DNA of 35,565 bases from Bacillota bacterium (GTDB lineage: Bacteria; Bacillota; Clostridia; Acetivibrionales; DSM-1351). Each line of letters starts with the position of its first letter. The stretch's first letter is position 1. The notes beneath the pieces were generated by a model. That model was not told the origin of the DNA. It saw only the letters and a list, made by a program, of their open reading frames with translations, and did no database searches. Below are positions 26,277 to 34,859 of the stretch, one piece after another. Where the stretch lies: assembly GCA_023417285.1 (NCBI GenBank), contig JAEZFR010000113.1, positions 1 to 35,565 on the forward strand, given 5' to 3'. The translations under genes and the position numbers were made by a program.

Positions 26277-27242
26277 ATGATTGATGTTGTAGCTCTTGGT
26301 GAACTCCTAATTGATTTTACACAAATTAGGTCGGAGGATGATTCAGTTAAGCGCTTTGAACAGAATCCAGGCGGTGCTCCAGCTAATGTTCTAGCAGTAC
26401 TATCGAAGTTTGGAACTAAATGTGCTTTCATTGGGAAGGTTGGAGAGGACGTATTTGGAGAATTTTTGAGAAAACAGCTTTTAGACCTTTCTATAGATTG
26501 CCGAAATCTAATTTCAGATCCAGATCATAATACAACCTTGGCATTTGTTACCTTGGACGATAGGGGAGACAGAAGTTTCAGTTTTTATAGGAATCATGGT
26601 GCGGATATATGTCTTTGCGAAGAAGAGATTGATTTAGAGATAATTGAGCAATGCAAGATTTTTCACTTCGGAACCTTATCAATGACCCATGAGCCTTCAC
26701 TATCTGCCACTATGAAAGCTGTAGAATATGCTAAGGGCTGTGGGAAAATTATCTCTTTTGATCCAAATTACAGAGCGCTGTTATGGAGCAATGAGGATAA
26801 TGCTATAAAAGCAATGAAAACGGGACTGAAATATGCGAATATTGCAAAGCTTTCTCTTGAAGAGGCACAAATGGTTACTGGGAAAGTAACGCCTGAGGAC
26901 TGCTTGAGAGAACTTCTTAATTTTGATTTGAGTCTTGCAGCAATAACAATGGGGCCTGAGGGTTGTATGTATGCTACAAACAAATATATGGCCTCTTTTC
27001 CTGAGTATCCAGCTGATGTAAAAGATACAACTGGGGCTGGAGATACTTTTTGGGGAACTGTTTTATACGGATTATTGAATAATGGCACAGATTTAAATAG
27101 TATTACACAAAATAAACTTGAGGAAATTATACTTATGGCTAATATTGCTGCAGGTATGAGTACAGAAAAAAAAGGCGCAATACCATCAATCCCAGATTTA
27201 TCTAGAGTAAGGGCGGCCTTTGATGATTTAAGTAGTAAATAA
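26277..27242 (+). CDS. PfkB-family fructokinase-like carbohydrate kinase
   Basis: MIDVVALGELLIDF, PGGAPANV, FDPNYR, DTTGAGDTF. Confidence 0.88.
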   Translation: MIDVVALGELLIDFTQIRSEDDSVKRFEQNPGGAPANVLAVLSKFGTKCAFIGKVGEDVFGEFLRKQLLDLSIDCRNLISDPDHNTTLAFVTLDDRGDRSFSFYRNHGADICLCEEEIDLEIIEQCKIFHFGTLSMTHEPSLSATMKAVEYAKGCGKIISFDPNYRALLWSNEDNAIKAMKTGLKYANIAKLSLEEAQMVTGKVTPEDCLRELLNFDLSLAAITMGPEGCMYATNKYMASFPEYPADVKDTTGAGDTFWGTVLYGLLNNGTDLNSITQNKLEEIILMANIAAGMSTEKKGAIPSIPDLSRVRAAFDDLSSK

Positions 27243-27273
27243 TTATATAACAAAATGACAGATTTAAATAATT

Positions 27274-27325
27274 AAAATGGGGCTTATGCAATGTTTACTT
27301 AAATAGATGCAGGGCCCTATTTTTT
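27274..27325 (+). terminator. Rho-independent terminator ending the catabolic operon
   Basis: AAAATGGGGCTT-a-TGCA pairs with TGCAGGGCCCTATTTT (G-U pairs allowed), followed by a T-run. Confidence 0.65.
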
Positions 27326-27415
27326 CGATTTAGATTAGGTCTTTATATCCCGTTATGATTGTTTCAAAACTATACAAATTAATTTTGTAGTTCATTTTGT
27401 TTCTCAAATATGAAG

Positions 27416-27437
27416 TTTAGGAAACAGTTTTCTTAAA
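27416..27437. promoter_or_regulatory. Upstream (auxiliary) operator
   Basis: TTTAGGAAA-CAGT-TTTCTTAAA, one mismatch from the operator at 27581. Confidence 0.7.
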
Positions 27438-27536
27438 CAAAGATAATTACTTATTCCATTTTTTGTTATTAAGGATAAAAGTATTATCAAAAAAAGAAAA
27501 AAATAATAAAAAAATATAATAATTTAACAAATATTA

Positions 27537-27564
27537 TTGACTTTTTCAAAAAAATATAGATAAT
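27537..27564 (+). promoter_or_regulatory. Probable promoter of the LacI-ribokinase operon
   Basis: TTGACT, 16 nt spacer, GATAAT, preceded by an A-rich UP-like tract. Confidence 0.5.
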
Positions 27565-27580
27565 ACATGCAAGAAATTGG

Positions 27581-27602
27581 TTTAGGAAAAATATTTCCTA
27601 AA
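27581..27602. promoter_or_regulatory. Primary operator between the promoter and the RBS
   Basis: Perfect dyad TTTAGGAAA-AATA-TTTCCTAAA. Confidence 0.78.
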
Positions 27603-27616
27603 TTATGAGGTGTTTG

Positions 27617-29491
27617 ATGAATATAAAGGAGATCGCATTGCTAGCAGGAGTCTCAGTCTCAACCGTCTCAAAAGTAATAAATGCAAAGGATTTCAATATT
27701 AGCAAAGCGACGAGAGACCGTGTAATGAAAGTTGTAAAGGAGTGTAATTATACTCCTTATGCTGGAGTACATACACTTAAAAAAACAAGATCCTTGCTAC
27801 TTGGAGTTATGTTAAGCAAACAGCCAGGGCACGAGCTAATACTTTCAGGTATTGTTGAGTCCGCCAAAGCTAATGGATATACCACTGTCCTATTTTCAGC
27901 AGATACTCCAGAGGAAGAATATAAAGGCATTACAATGCTTTGTTCACATAATGTAGATGGAATTATTTGGGACAAACTAACTAATTCATATAGTAAATGT
28001 GAAAGTCAATTGATTGATCAGCAGATACCATACTTTATTGTAGATTGTTACAATGCTCCAACCCCAGAGAGAGGAGGCATTGACTATTCAAGACTTGCTT
28101 ATAATGCAACTCAAATGTTGGTAAAGCATAAACATCAAAAGATAGGCTGTTTGGTAAAAAATAATGGTATTAGAGAGCGAAGGTTTCAAAAAGGTTTTGA
28201 GCAATGCCTTTTTGATAATAAGTTTCCCTTTGATGCAAATATGCTTTGCATAGTCAAAGAAAACTCATTAGACATTTCTGCACTTATACATAATTATACT
28301 GGTATTATATGCTTTGATACATGTTTAGCAGTTAAAATTTATGAGCATGCGGTATACAATAATATAAAAATACCAAGGGATATTTCTCTCGTAAGCTTAG
28401 TTAAGGATCCAAATGAAATATATCTTCTTCCAAAGCTTTCTTCAATTCAATTGCCCTTTTATGAACTTGGAGAATATGCTTGCAGAAGGCTGATTGCCAA
28501 GGTAGAAAAAACACGAATCCCTGAAATACCGTTCAAATGCGACAAAAAGGTTGAAAGTGAAAGCAGCATTGATGTTCCAATAACGGTGCGTAATAAAAAA
28601 ATAGTTGTAGTGGGTGCTATAAATATGGATACACTGCTTAACCTTGGACAGGTACCACAAATAGGTGAAACCATTACTACAAAGAAAAGAGCGACCATTC
28701 CAGGAGGGAAAGGCGTTAACCAAGCAATTGGTGCAGCTAAGCTGGGAGCAGAGGTATATTTAATTGGAAAATTAGGTAAGGACTATGAAGCAAGTGTACT
28801 GTATGATTTCTTGAAGATTAATAACGTAAATATTGAAGGAGTTTCTACAAGCACAGTAGTGGCTACTGGACATGCATATGTATATGTAAAAGATAATGGC
28901 GAAAGTGCAATAGTTGTTTATGAAGGAGCAAACAATCAACTATCTCCAAAGGATATTGAAATGCATAGGGATATGTTTGATAATGCAAGCTTTTGTTTGC
29001 TCCAGACAGAGATAAATCCTGAGACAGTTGAGTGCGCTGCAAAGACTGCACGCAAATGTGGTGCAAAGGTAATTTTGAAGCCATGTGCAGTTACATCGAT
29101 TAGCGATGGTCTTATTAAAAATGTTGATATATTTATGCCGAATCGTAATGAAATAGAAGAGCTATGTCCAGAAAAAAAATCTTTGGAGGAAAAAGCGCAA
29201 CATTTTTTAAATCGTGGTGCACAACACGTCATAGTGACCCTGGATCGTGACGGATGCTACTTAAAGGATAATAAGCATTCAATGTATTTTGAAGCAGCTG
29301 ATTTTGAAGCAGTTGATACTACAGGAGCAGCAGATGCATTTGCTGCAACATTGGCGGTATACCTTTCTAAAAATTATGATATACGTACCTCAATTAAATA
29401 TGCTACATATGCAGCTGGTTTTTCTATAACAACACAGGGAGTACCTCCTGCGTTAGTAGACAAAAGCACTTTAGATTTGTTAGACATATAA
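27617..29491 (+). CDS. LacI-family regulator fused to a C-terminal ribokinase (PfkB) domain
   Basis: HTH MNIKEIALLAGVSVSTVSKVIN, then a sugar-binding core, then VVGAINMD, PGGKGVNQA, PNRNE and DTTGAADAF. The ATG at 27617 follows GAGGTG. Confidence 0.9.
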   Translation: MNIKEIALLAGVSVSTVSKVINAKDFNISKATRDRVMKVVKECNYTPYAGVHTLKKTRSLLLGVMLSKQPGHELILSGIVESAKANGYTTVLFSADTPEEEYKGITMLCSHNVDGIIWDKLTNSYSKCESQLIDQQIPYFIVDCYNAPTPERGGIDYSRLAYNATQMLVKHKHQKIGCLVKNNGIRERRFQKGFEQCLFDNKFPFDANMLCIVKENSLDISALIHNYTGIICFDTCLAVKIYEHAVYNNIKIPRDISLVSLVKDPNEIYLLPKLSSIQLPFYELGEYACRRLIAKVEKTRIPEIPFKCDKKVESESSIDVPITVRNKKIVVVGAINMDTLLNLGQVPQIGETITTKKRATIPGGKGVNQAIGAAKLGAEVYLIGKLGKDYEASVLYDFLKINNVNIEGVSTSTVVATGHAYVYVKDNGESAIVVYEGANNQLSPKDIEMHRDMFDNASFCLLQTEINPETVECAAKTARKCGAKVILKPCAVTSISDGLIKNVDIFMPNRNEIEELCPEKKSLEEKAQHFLNRGAQHVIVTLDRDGCYLKDNKHSMYFEAADFEAVDTTGAADAFAATLAVYLSKNYDIRTSIKYATYAAGFSITTQGVPPALVDKSTLDLLDI

Positions 29492-29519
29492 ACAACAATT
29501 AAAAAGGAGGCAAAAATTT

Positions 29520-30437
29520 ATGCTTATTGATAATAAAAGGATGATGGAACGGTTACAAAAACCCAAAGGAATTGTAGATGTAGTTTTTGATACAGATACA
29601 TATAACGAAATAGATGACCAGTATGCGTTGGCCTATTTAATTAAGAATACTGATAAATTAAATATAAAAGCCATTTATGCAGCACCGTTCCTAAATGATA
29701 AAAGTTCAAGCCCATTGGATGGTATGGAAAAAAGTTATCAAGAGATAATGAATATTTTGTCCTTGATGGAATGCGACGAGCTTAAGAATTTAGTACATAA
29801 AGGTTCGGATAGTTTTTTAATCAATGAAAATACACCTGTATATTCTGATGCTGCAAATGATCTTGTTAACCGTGCAATGGAGTATAGTGAAGCAAACCCA
29901 CTTTACGTGATTGCAGTAGGGGCCATTACAAATGTTGCTTCTGCATTACTAATAAAACCTGAAATAAAAGATAGGATAGTACTGATATGGCTTGGAGGTA
30001 ACGCCTATCACTGGCATGATAATAAGGAGTTTAACTTATACCAGGATGTTGCGGGAGCAAGAATTGTTTTTGGATGTGGTGTTCCGTTAGTACAGCTACC
30101 ATGTATGGGAGTTGTATCTGCTTTCACTATAGGAGGCCCCGAACTTGAATACTGGCTGCGTGGGAAAAACAAGCTATGTGATTATCTAGTAGATGTTACC
30201 ACAGCCGAAGCAAAGAGATGCAATGGAGGTGAATTCTGGACAAGGCCTATCTGGGATGTTACTGCGGTAGCATGGCTCCTTGAGGACGACTATATGCTAG
30301 AATGCTTTGAACCTAGTCCTATACCTGAATATAACAATACATACACTTTTAATAAAGACCGGCATTTGATCAAATATGTTTATCACATAAAAAGAGATTC
30401 TTTGTTTGAAGATTTATTAACAAAGCTAGCAAGGTAA
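29520..30437 (+). CDS. Nucleoside hydrolase (IU-NH superfamily)
   Basis: Ca-binding DTDTYNEIDD, GAITNVASA, EFN, PIWD. Confidence 0.85.
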   Translation: MLIDNKRMMERLQKPKGIVDVVFDTDTYNEIDDQYALAYLIKNTDKLNIKAIYAAPFLNDKSSSPLDGMEKSYQEIMNILSLMECDELKNLVHKGSDSFLINENTPVYSDAANDLVNRAMEYSEANPLYVIAVGAITNVASALLIKPEIKDRIVLIWLGGNAYHWHDNKEFNLYQDVAGARIVFGCGVPLVQLPCMGVVSAFTIGGPELEYWLRGKNKLCDYLVDVTTAEAKRCNGGEFWTRPIWDVTAVAWLLEDDYMLECFEPSPIPEYNNTYTFNKDRHLIKYVYHIKRDSLFEDLLTKLAR

Positions 30438-30495
30438 GATTATGAATAGTAATTAATAGCTATTTGCTGTTAAATAAATAAAAAGGAGAAAAAAT

Positions 30496-31827
30496 ATGAA
30501 AAAGGTATGCACAATTGTTCTTTTGCTTGCTATGGCAACAACTATGTTCGGATGCACAAAAGCATCCGATAATGCTCAATCATCCTCTTCTACTTCCCAA
30601 GTATCTTCAGAAAAAAGCACAGACAAGTCAGGGTCTAAAAAAATTGTTTGGCTAACAGAAACCGTAAAGGAAAATCAGGAAATACTTGACAACTTTGAAA
30701 AAGCTACAGGTATCAAGGTAGTAGGTGAATACGTATCATTTAATGATCTGTTTGAAACCATTGAAGTAAAAATTGCTTCAGGCTCTAAGGAATACGATGT
30801 AATCAGTGTAGATGGTCCAATGGTAGCTGCTTACGCTACTCGTGGTTATATTTCTCCGTTGGACGAGTTTTTTACAGAGGATGAGAAAAAACAGTTTATT
30901 ACATCAAGTCTGAATGCTGGGACATGGGATGGTAAATTCTATTCACCACCTATGGCAACATCAGCACAGCTACTTTGGTATAACACAGAATTACTAAAAC
31001 AAGCAGGTATAACTATTCCTGAAGGAGATCCAAATAATCGTCTCACATGGGAAGAAATAGAGAAAATGGCAAAGGACACTTTAGCTGTTGTTGATCCGGA
31101 TAAGTCCAAAGGCATATCTGGAATACAGTTCCAGCAAGTAAGCCGTACATATCAGATGTGTGCTCTTGCCAATAGTATGGGGGGGAAGAACATAGGAGAC
31201 GACGGTTTTACGGTTGATGGTATCATCAATAATAAAGCATGGGTAGATGCATTGACATGGATGCAGGGACTTTATACCAACGGACTCTCAGCAAGAGGTG
31301 TTACAGCAGACGAAGTTCCTAACTATTTTAATTCAGGAAAAATTGTCTTTATGGCAGGGGGTACATGGACAGCCGCTGCTTGTGATGCAGCAGGAATGAA
31401 GACATATGGATGGACTTATGCACCAGCATTTAAGGGTTATGAAAATAATGTATCAACCGGTACGGGAAGCTGGCATTTTGGTGTTAATGCCGCTTCAGAA
31501 AATATCAAGGAAGCAGCAGAATTTATAAAATATATGAGTCTTGGTGAAGGCAGTGACAAATACCTTGATTGGATAGGTGATATGCCTGCAAGAGAAAGCA
31601 AAATCAAAGAGATTCTAGAAAATCCTGATGCTCCTGGATACCTTAAGGTAGGTGCTTATGAAGCAGCTAATACAGCTGTTCCAAGAGCGCTAACACCTGG
31701 TTACTCTGAGTATAGCACTATAATGGATGCGACTTTTGAAAATATCCGTAACGGCTCAGAAGTTAAGGGGGCACTTGATAGTGCAGTTGAACAAATCAAT
31801 TCAGCTATGGGAAAATATAAAAAATAA
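30496..31827 (+). CDS. Sugar ABC solute-binding lipoprotein (CUT1)
   Basis: Lipobox MFG-C, Ser-rich linker, LWYNTELL, LTWEEI. Confidence 0.9.
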   Translation: MKKVCTIVLLLAMATTMFGCTKASDNAQSSSSTSQVSSEKSTDKSGSKKIVWLTETVKENQEILDNFEKATGIKVVGEYVSFNDLFETIEVKIASGSKEYDVISVDGPMVAAYATRGYISPLDEFFTEDEKKQFITSSLNAGTWDGKFYSPPMATSAQLLWYNTELLKQAGITIPEGDPNNRLTWEEIEKMAKDTLAVVDPDKSKGISGIQFQQVSRTYQMCALANSMGGKNIGDDGFTVDGIINNKAWVDALTWMQGLYTNGLSARGVTADEVPNYFNSGKIVFMAGGTWTAAACDAAGMKTYGWTYAPAFKGYENNVSTGTGSWHFGVNAASENIKEAAEFIKYMSLGEGSDKYLDWIGDMPARESKIKEILENPDAPGYLKVGAYEAANTAVPRALTPGYSEYSTIMDATFENIRNGSEVKGALDSAVEQINSAMGKYKK

Positions 31828-31834
31828 ATCGACT

Positions 31835-31908
31835 TTAGAGATTGGCGGTAATTATTTTACCGCCAACCCTCTAATGTTAAAGTAACTGCCTATACGCAGT
31901 TACTTTAA
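31835..31908 (+). other. Two tandem intercistronic hairpins after the binding-protein gene
   Basis: TTGGCGGTAA/TTACCGCCAA, extended by TTAGAG/CTCTAA (31835-31874), and TTAAAGTAACTGC/GCAGTTACTTTAA (31877-31908). Confidence 0.7.
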
Positions 31909-32006
31909 TAAATTTAATAAAAAACATATATTTACTGATGTAAGAGATATTGAATTGACTAACAATTCATTAGTATAGATTAAATTCGGACTTACCGGGG
32001 TGAAAA

Positions 32007-32864
32007 ATGGATAACATGTTTGGGAAGGTCAAGGCTATACCATATATATTAATATTACCTGCTTTTATTCTCATTGTTGTTTTTAAGATTTATCCCATAA
32101 TTTCAACATTGATGGAAAGCCTTATAGTAAAGGATACATTTACATTAGGTACTTATGAAATAATCTTTAAAGATATAACATTCTGGAAATCTCTATGGGT
32201 AACAATAAAGATTAATATTATTATGATCCCATTACAAATATTTATAGCATTTTGTCTTGCTCTGTTGGTTAATACAACAGTTACTGGTATAGGCGTTTTT
32301 CGGACAATATTTTATTTGCCTGTAACTGTCTCACTTACTGTTGCAACTATTGTTTGGAATTTGATGCTTAGTCCCAACAATGGTGTTATAAACAGCATTT
32401 TGGGTGTTTTTGGTATTCAGCAGCAGGACTTCTTAGTTAGTAAAACTCAGGCGCTTTGGTGCATTGTATTAATAGCTACATGGAAGGGTGTCGGATATTG
32501 GATGATGTTTATTCTCGCTGGGTTAAAGAATGTGGATGCTAGCATTTATGAAGCTGCAAAGATTGATGGGGCCAATTGGCTTAAAACTGTAGTTAAAATT
32601 ACGGTGCCTTTAATTAAAAAAGTATTACTATTTGTATTTGTTGCGAATACGTCTACAAATCTATTACTATTTGTACCTATGCAAATTGTTACACAGGGTG
32701 GGCCAGAAGGAAGCACAAATGTTTTGATGTATGAAGCATATAAATCTGCATTTAAGTTTGCTGACCGCCCTAGATCAGCAGCCATTGTTACTGTATTGCT
32801 TATATTGATTTCTATAATATGTGCTATTCAGTTTAAGCTCATGTCAAATAAAAAGGAGGCCTAA
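32007..32864 (+). CDS. Sugar ABC transporter permease 1
   Basis: IYEAAKIDGANW, WKGVGYWMMFILAGL, TQGGP. Confidence 0.92.
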   Translation: MDNMFGKVKAIPYILILPAFILIVVFKIYPIISTLMESLIVKDTFTLGTYEIIFKDITFWKSLWVTIKINIIMIPLQIFIAFCLALLVNTTVTGIGVFRTIFYLPVTVSLTVATIVWNLMLSPNNGVINSILGVFGIQQQDFLVSKTQALWCIVLIATWKGVGYWMMFILAGLKNVDASIYEAAKIDGANWLKTVVKITVPLIKKVLLFVFVANTSTNLLLFVPMQIVTQGGPEGSTNVLMYEAYKSAFKFADRPRSAAIVTVLLILISIICAIQFKLMSNKKEA

Positions 32865-32868
32865 GAAG

Positions 32869-33711
32869 ATGAATAATTATAAATCTATAAAGAATTTGTT
32901 TATTTATTGTGGTCTTATAGTTATCACAGTTGTAACTGTTTTTCCATTACTCTGGTGTCTTTCGGCCTCATTGAGAAGTGATACTGAATTTTTTAAATAT
33001 ATAACACCATTCTCTATCAACACCCTTATACCTATAGATTTTACTTTGGATTCATATATTTTGTTATTTACCAAGTTCAACTTTGCGCGCCCTATTATTA
33101 ATACTGTTGTCGTTTCTTTAGCAACAACAATTGGAGGCTGTCTTCTTAACAGTGTAGCTGCTTTTGCATTTGCATGCTTTAAATTTAAATTTAAAAACGT
33201 TTTATTTGCTATCTTTCTAGTTTCATTTATGGTTCCATTCGAGGCTATATCACTTCCTCTTTATAAAGTCGTCAGTGGTTTGGGATGGATGAATACTTAC
33301 GCAGGCATGATAGTCCCTACTATAGCAAGTGGCTTAGTACTATTTTTATTTACACAATTTTTTAGAGACATACCCCCCAGTATACTAGAAGCGGCTAGAG
33401 TAGACGGTGCTAATTTATCTCAGATATTTACAAAGATAGTTTTACCATCTTCAATCACAGTGTTTATAACTGCTTCATTAATAATATTTATGGATCAGTG
33501 GAACGCTTACCTATGGCCATTACTTGTTGCACGCTCAAAGGATATACAAACTATTCAAATTGCATTGTCAGCATTTAAAATGGAAAGGGTAACACTATGG
33601 TCATGCCTATATGCAGGTTCGATGATATCTGCAATTGTACCGCTAGGGTTGTTCCTACCAACACAAAAGTACTTTGTACAAGGGATTACCAGTAGTGGTG
33701 TAAAAGGATAA
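32869..33711 (+). CDS. Sugar ABC transporter permease 2
   Basis: The ATG at 32869 follows AAGGAGG. LEAARVDGA, WNAYLWPL, GITSSGVKG. Confidence 0.92.
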   Translation: MNNYKSIKNLFIYCGLIVITVVTVFPLLWCLSASLRSDTEFFKYITPFSINTLIPIDFTLDSYILLFTKFNFARPIINTVVVSLATTIGGCLLNSVAAFAFACFKFKFKNVLFAIFLVSFMVPFEAISLPLYKVVSGLGWMNTYAGMIVPTIASGLVLFLFTQFFRDIPPSILEAARVDGANLSQIFTKIVLPSSITVFITASLIIFMDQWNAYLWPLLVARSKDIQTIQIALSAFKMERVTLWSCLYAGSMISAIVPLGLFLPTQKYFVQGITSSGVKG

Positions 33712-33831
33712 TTGATTTAAATAAAAGCGGGTATTAATGTGAAATATCTAAAATAAGTAATAAAAGGGGGACCGAGTTCATGCCAGTACTTTAATGGAGC
33801 TTTGTGCTAAATACGGGGTATGGATATATAA

Positions 33832-34794
33832 ATGAGAAAAATTTTGGTTATAGGAAGTCTTAATATGGACTTTGTTGTTAATGTAAAATATATGCCACAG
33901 CAGGGAGAAACGTTGCTTGCAGATAATTTAGAACTTATATCAGGTGGTAAAGGTGCCAATCAGGCATTTGCTTTGGGAAAACTTGGAGCCAATGTAACGA
34001 TGCTAGGCGCTGTAGGTAATGATTCCTATGGGGACATTCAAATTGAAGGACTTAAGTCTGTGGGCGTGGATACAACACGAATTGCACGGATACAGGGGGA
34101 AAATACAGGAATAGCATTTATAACTGTAAATGAGCAGGGAGACAATAGTATAATAGTAATCCAAGGTGCTAATAAATGTGTCAGCAAAGAATATATTGAT
34201 AAAAACCTCCAGGCAATTGAAGAATGTGATATTGTTATTTTTCAGTTGGAGATACCGCTTGAGACTGTTATTTATGCAGCTCAAAAGGCTAAGGAACTAG
34301 GAAAATTAGTTATACTGGATCCTGCCCCAGTACCAGAAAATTTGCCAAAAGAGCTCATGGCTAACGTTGATGTCATTAAGCCAAACGAAACGGAACTTGC
34401 CCAACTGACAGGGATTCAAGATATAGAAGGCTGTTTAAAAACAGCTGTTGATATTTTAAAAAATCAAGGGATTAAAACTGTTATAGTTACTCTTGGAGGT
34501 AAAGGTTCAGTTGTTTCTACTCAAAATGATATGTTGATACATTTCAAATGTGATAATGTCAAGGTAACTGATACTACTGCAGCAGGAGACAGTTTTATTG
34601 CTGCTATGGCTTTGGGTCTTTCTGAAGGAAAAGAAATAGATACTGCTGTTGAATTTGCAAATCATGTTGCTTCAATTGTTGTAACCAGAAAGGGAGCTCA
34701 ATTATCAATGCCATCAATAGAGGAAGTGAATAAATATATTTCAGAGTATGCCTCGGCGCAATGCAGTGTAGCTGAAGTTACAAGCCATTCATAA
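33832..34794 (+). CDS. rbsK: Ribokinase
   Basis: GSLNMD, GGKGANQA, QLEIP, PNETE, DTTAAGDSF. Confidence 0.88.
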   Translation: MRKILVIGSLNMDFVVNVKYMPQQGETLLADNLELISGGKGANQAFALGKLGANVTMLGAVGNDSYGDIQIEGLKSVGVDTTRIARIQGENTGIAFITVNEQGDNSIIVIQGANKCVSKEYIDKNLQAIEECDIVIFQLEIPLETVIYAAQKAKELGKLVILDPAPVPENLPKELMANVDVIKPNETELAQLTGIQDIEGCLKTAVDILKNQGIKTVIVTLGGKGSVVSTQNDMLIHFKCDNVKVTDTTAAGDSFIAAMALGLSEGKEIDTAVEFANHVASIVVTRKGAQLSMPSIEEVNKYISEYASAQCSVAEVTSHS

Positions 34795-34859
34795 GGTATA
34801 ACTGGAGTAAAAATGATTAAAATACTAGTTTACATTTTAAAATGGAAGGAGGAGGTATT

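Noticed and set aside
13424..29232. Numerous 60-170 aa antisense or out-of-frame ORFs (e.g. 13424-13924, 20237-20713, 26768-27253, 18059-18346)
   Set aside because: They lie largely or wholly within well-supported genes and look like codon-bias shadows.
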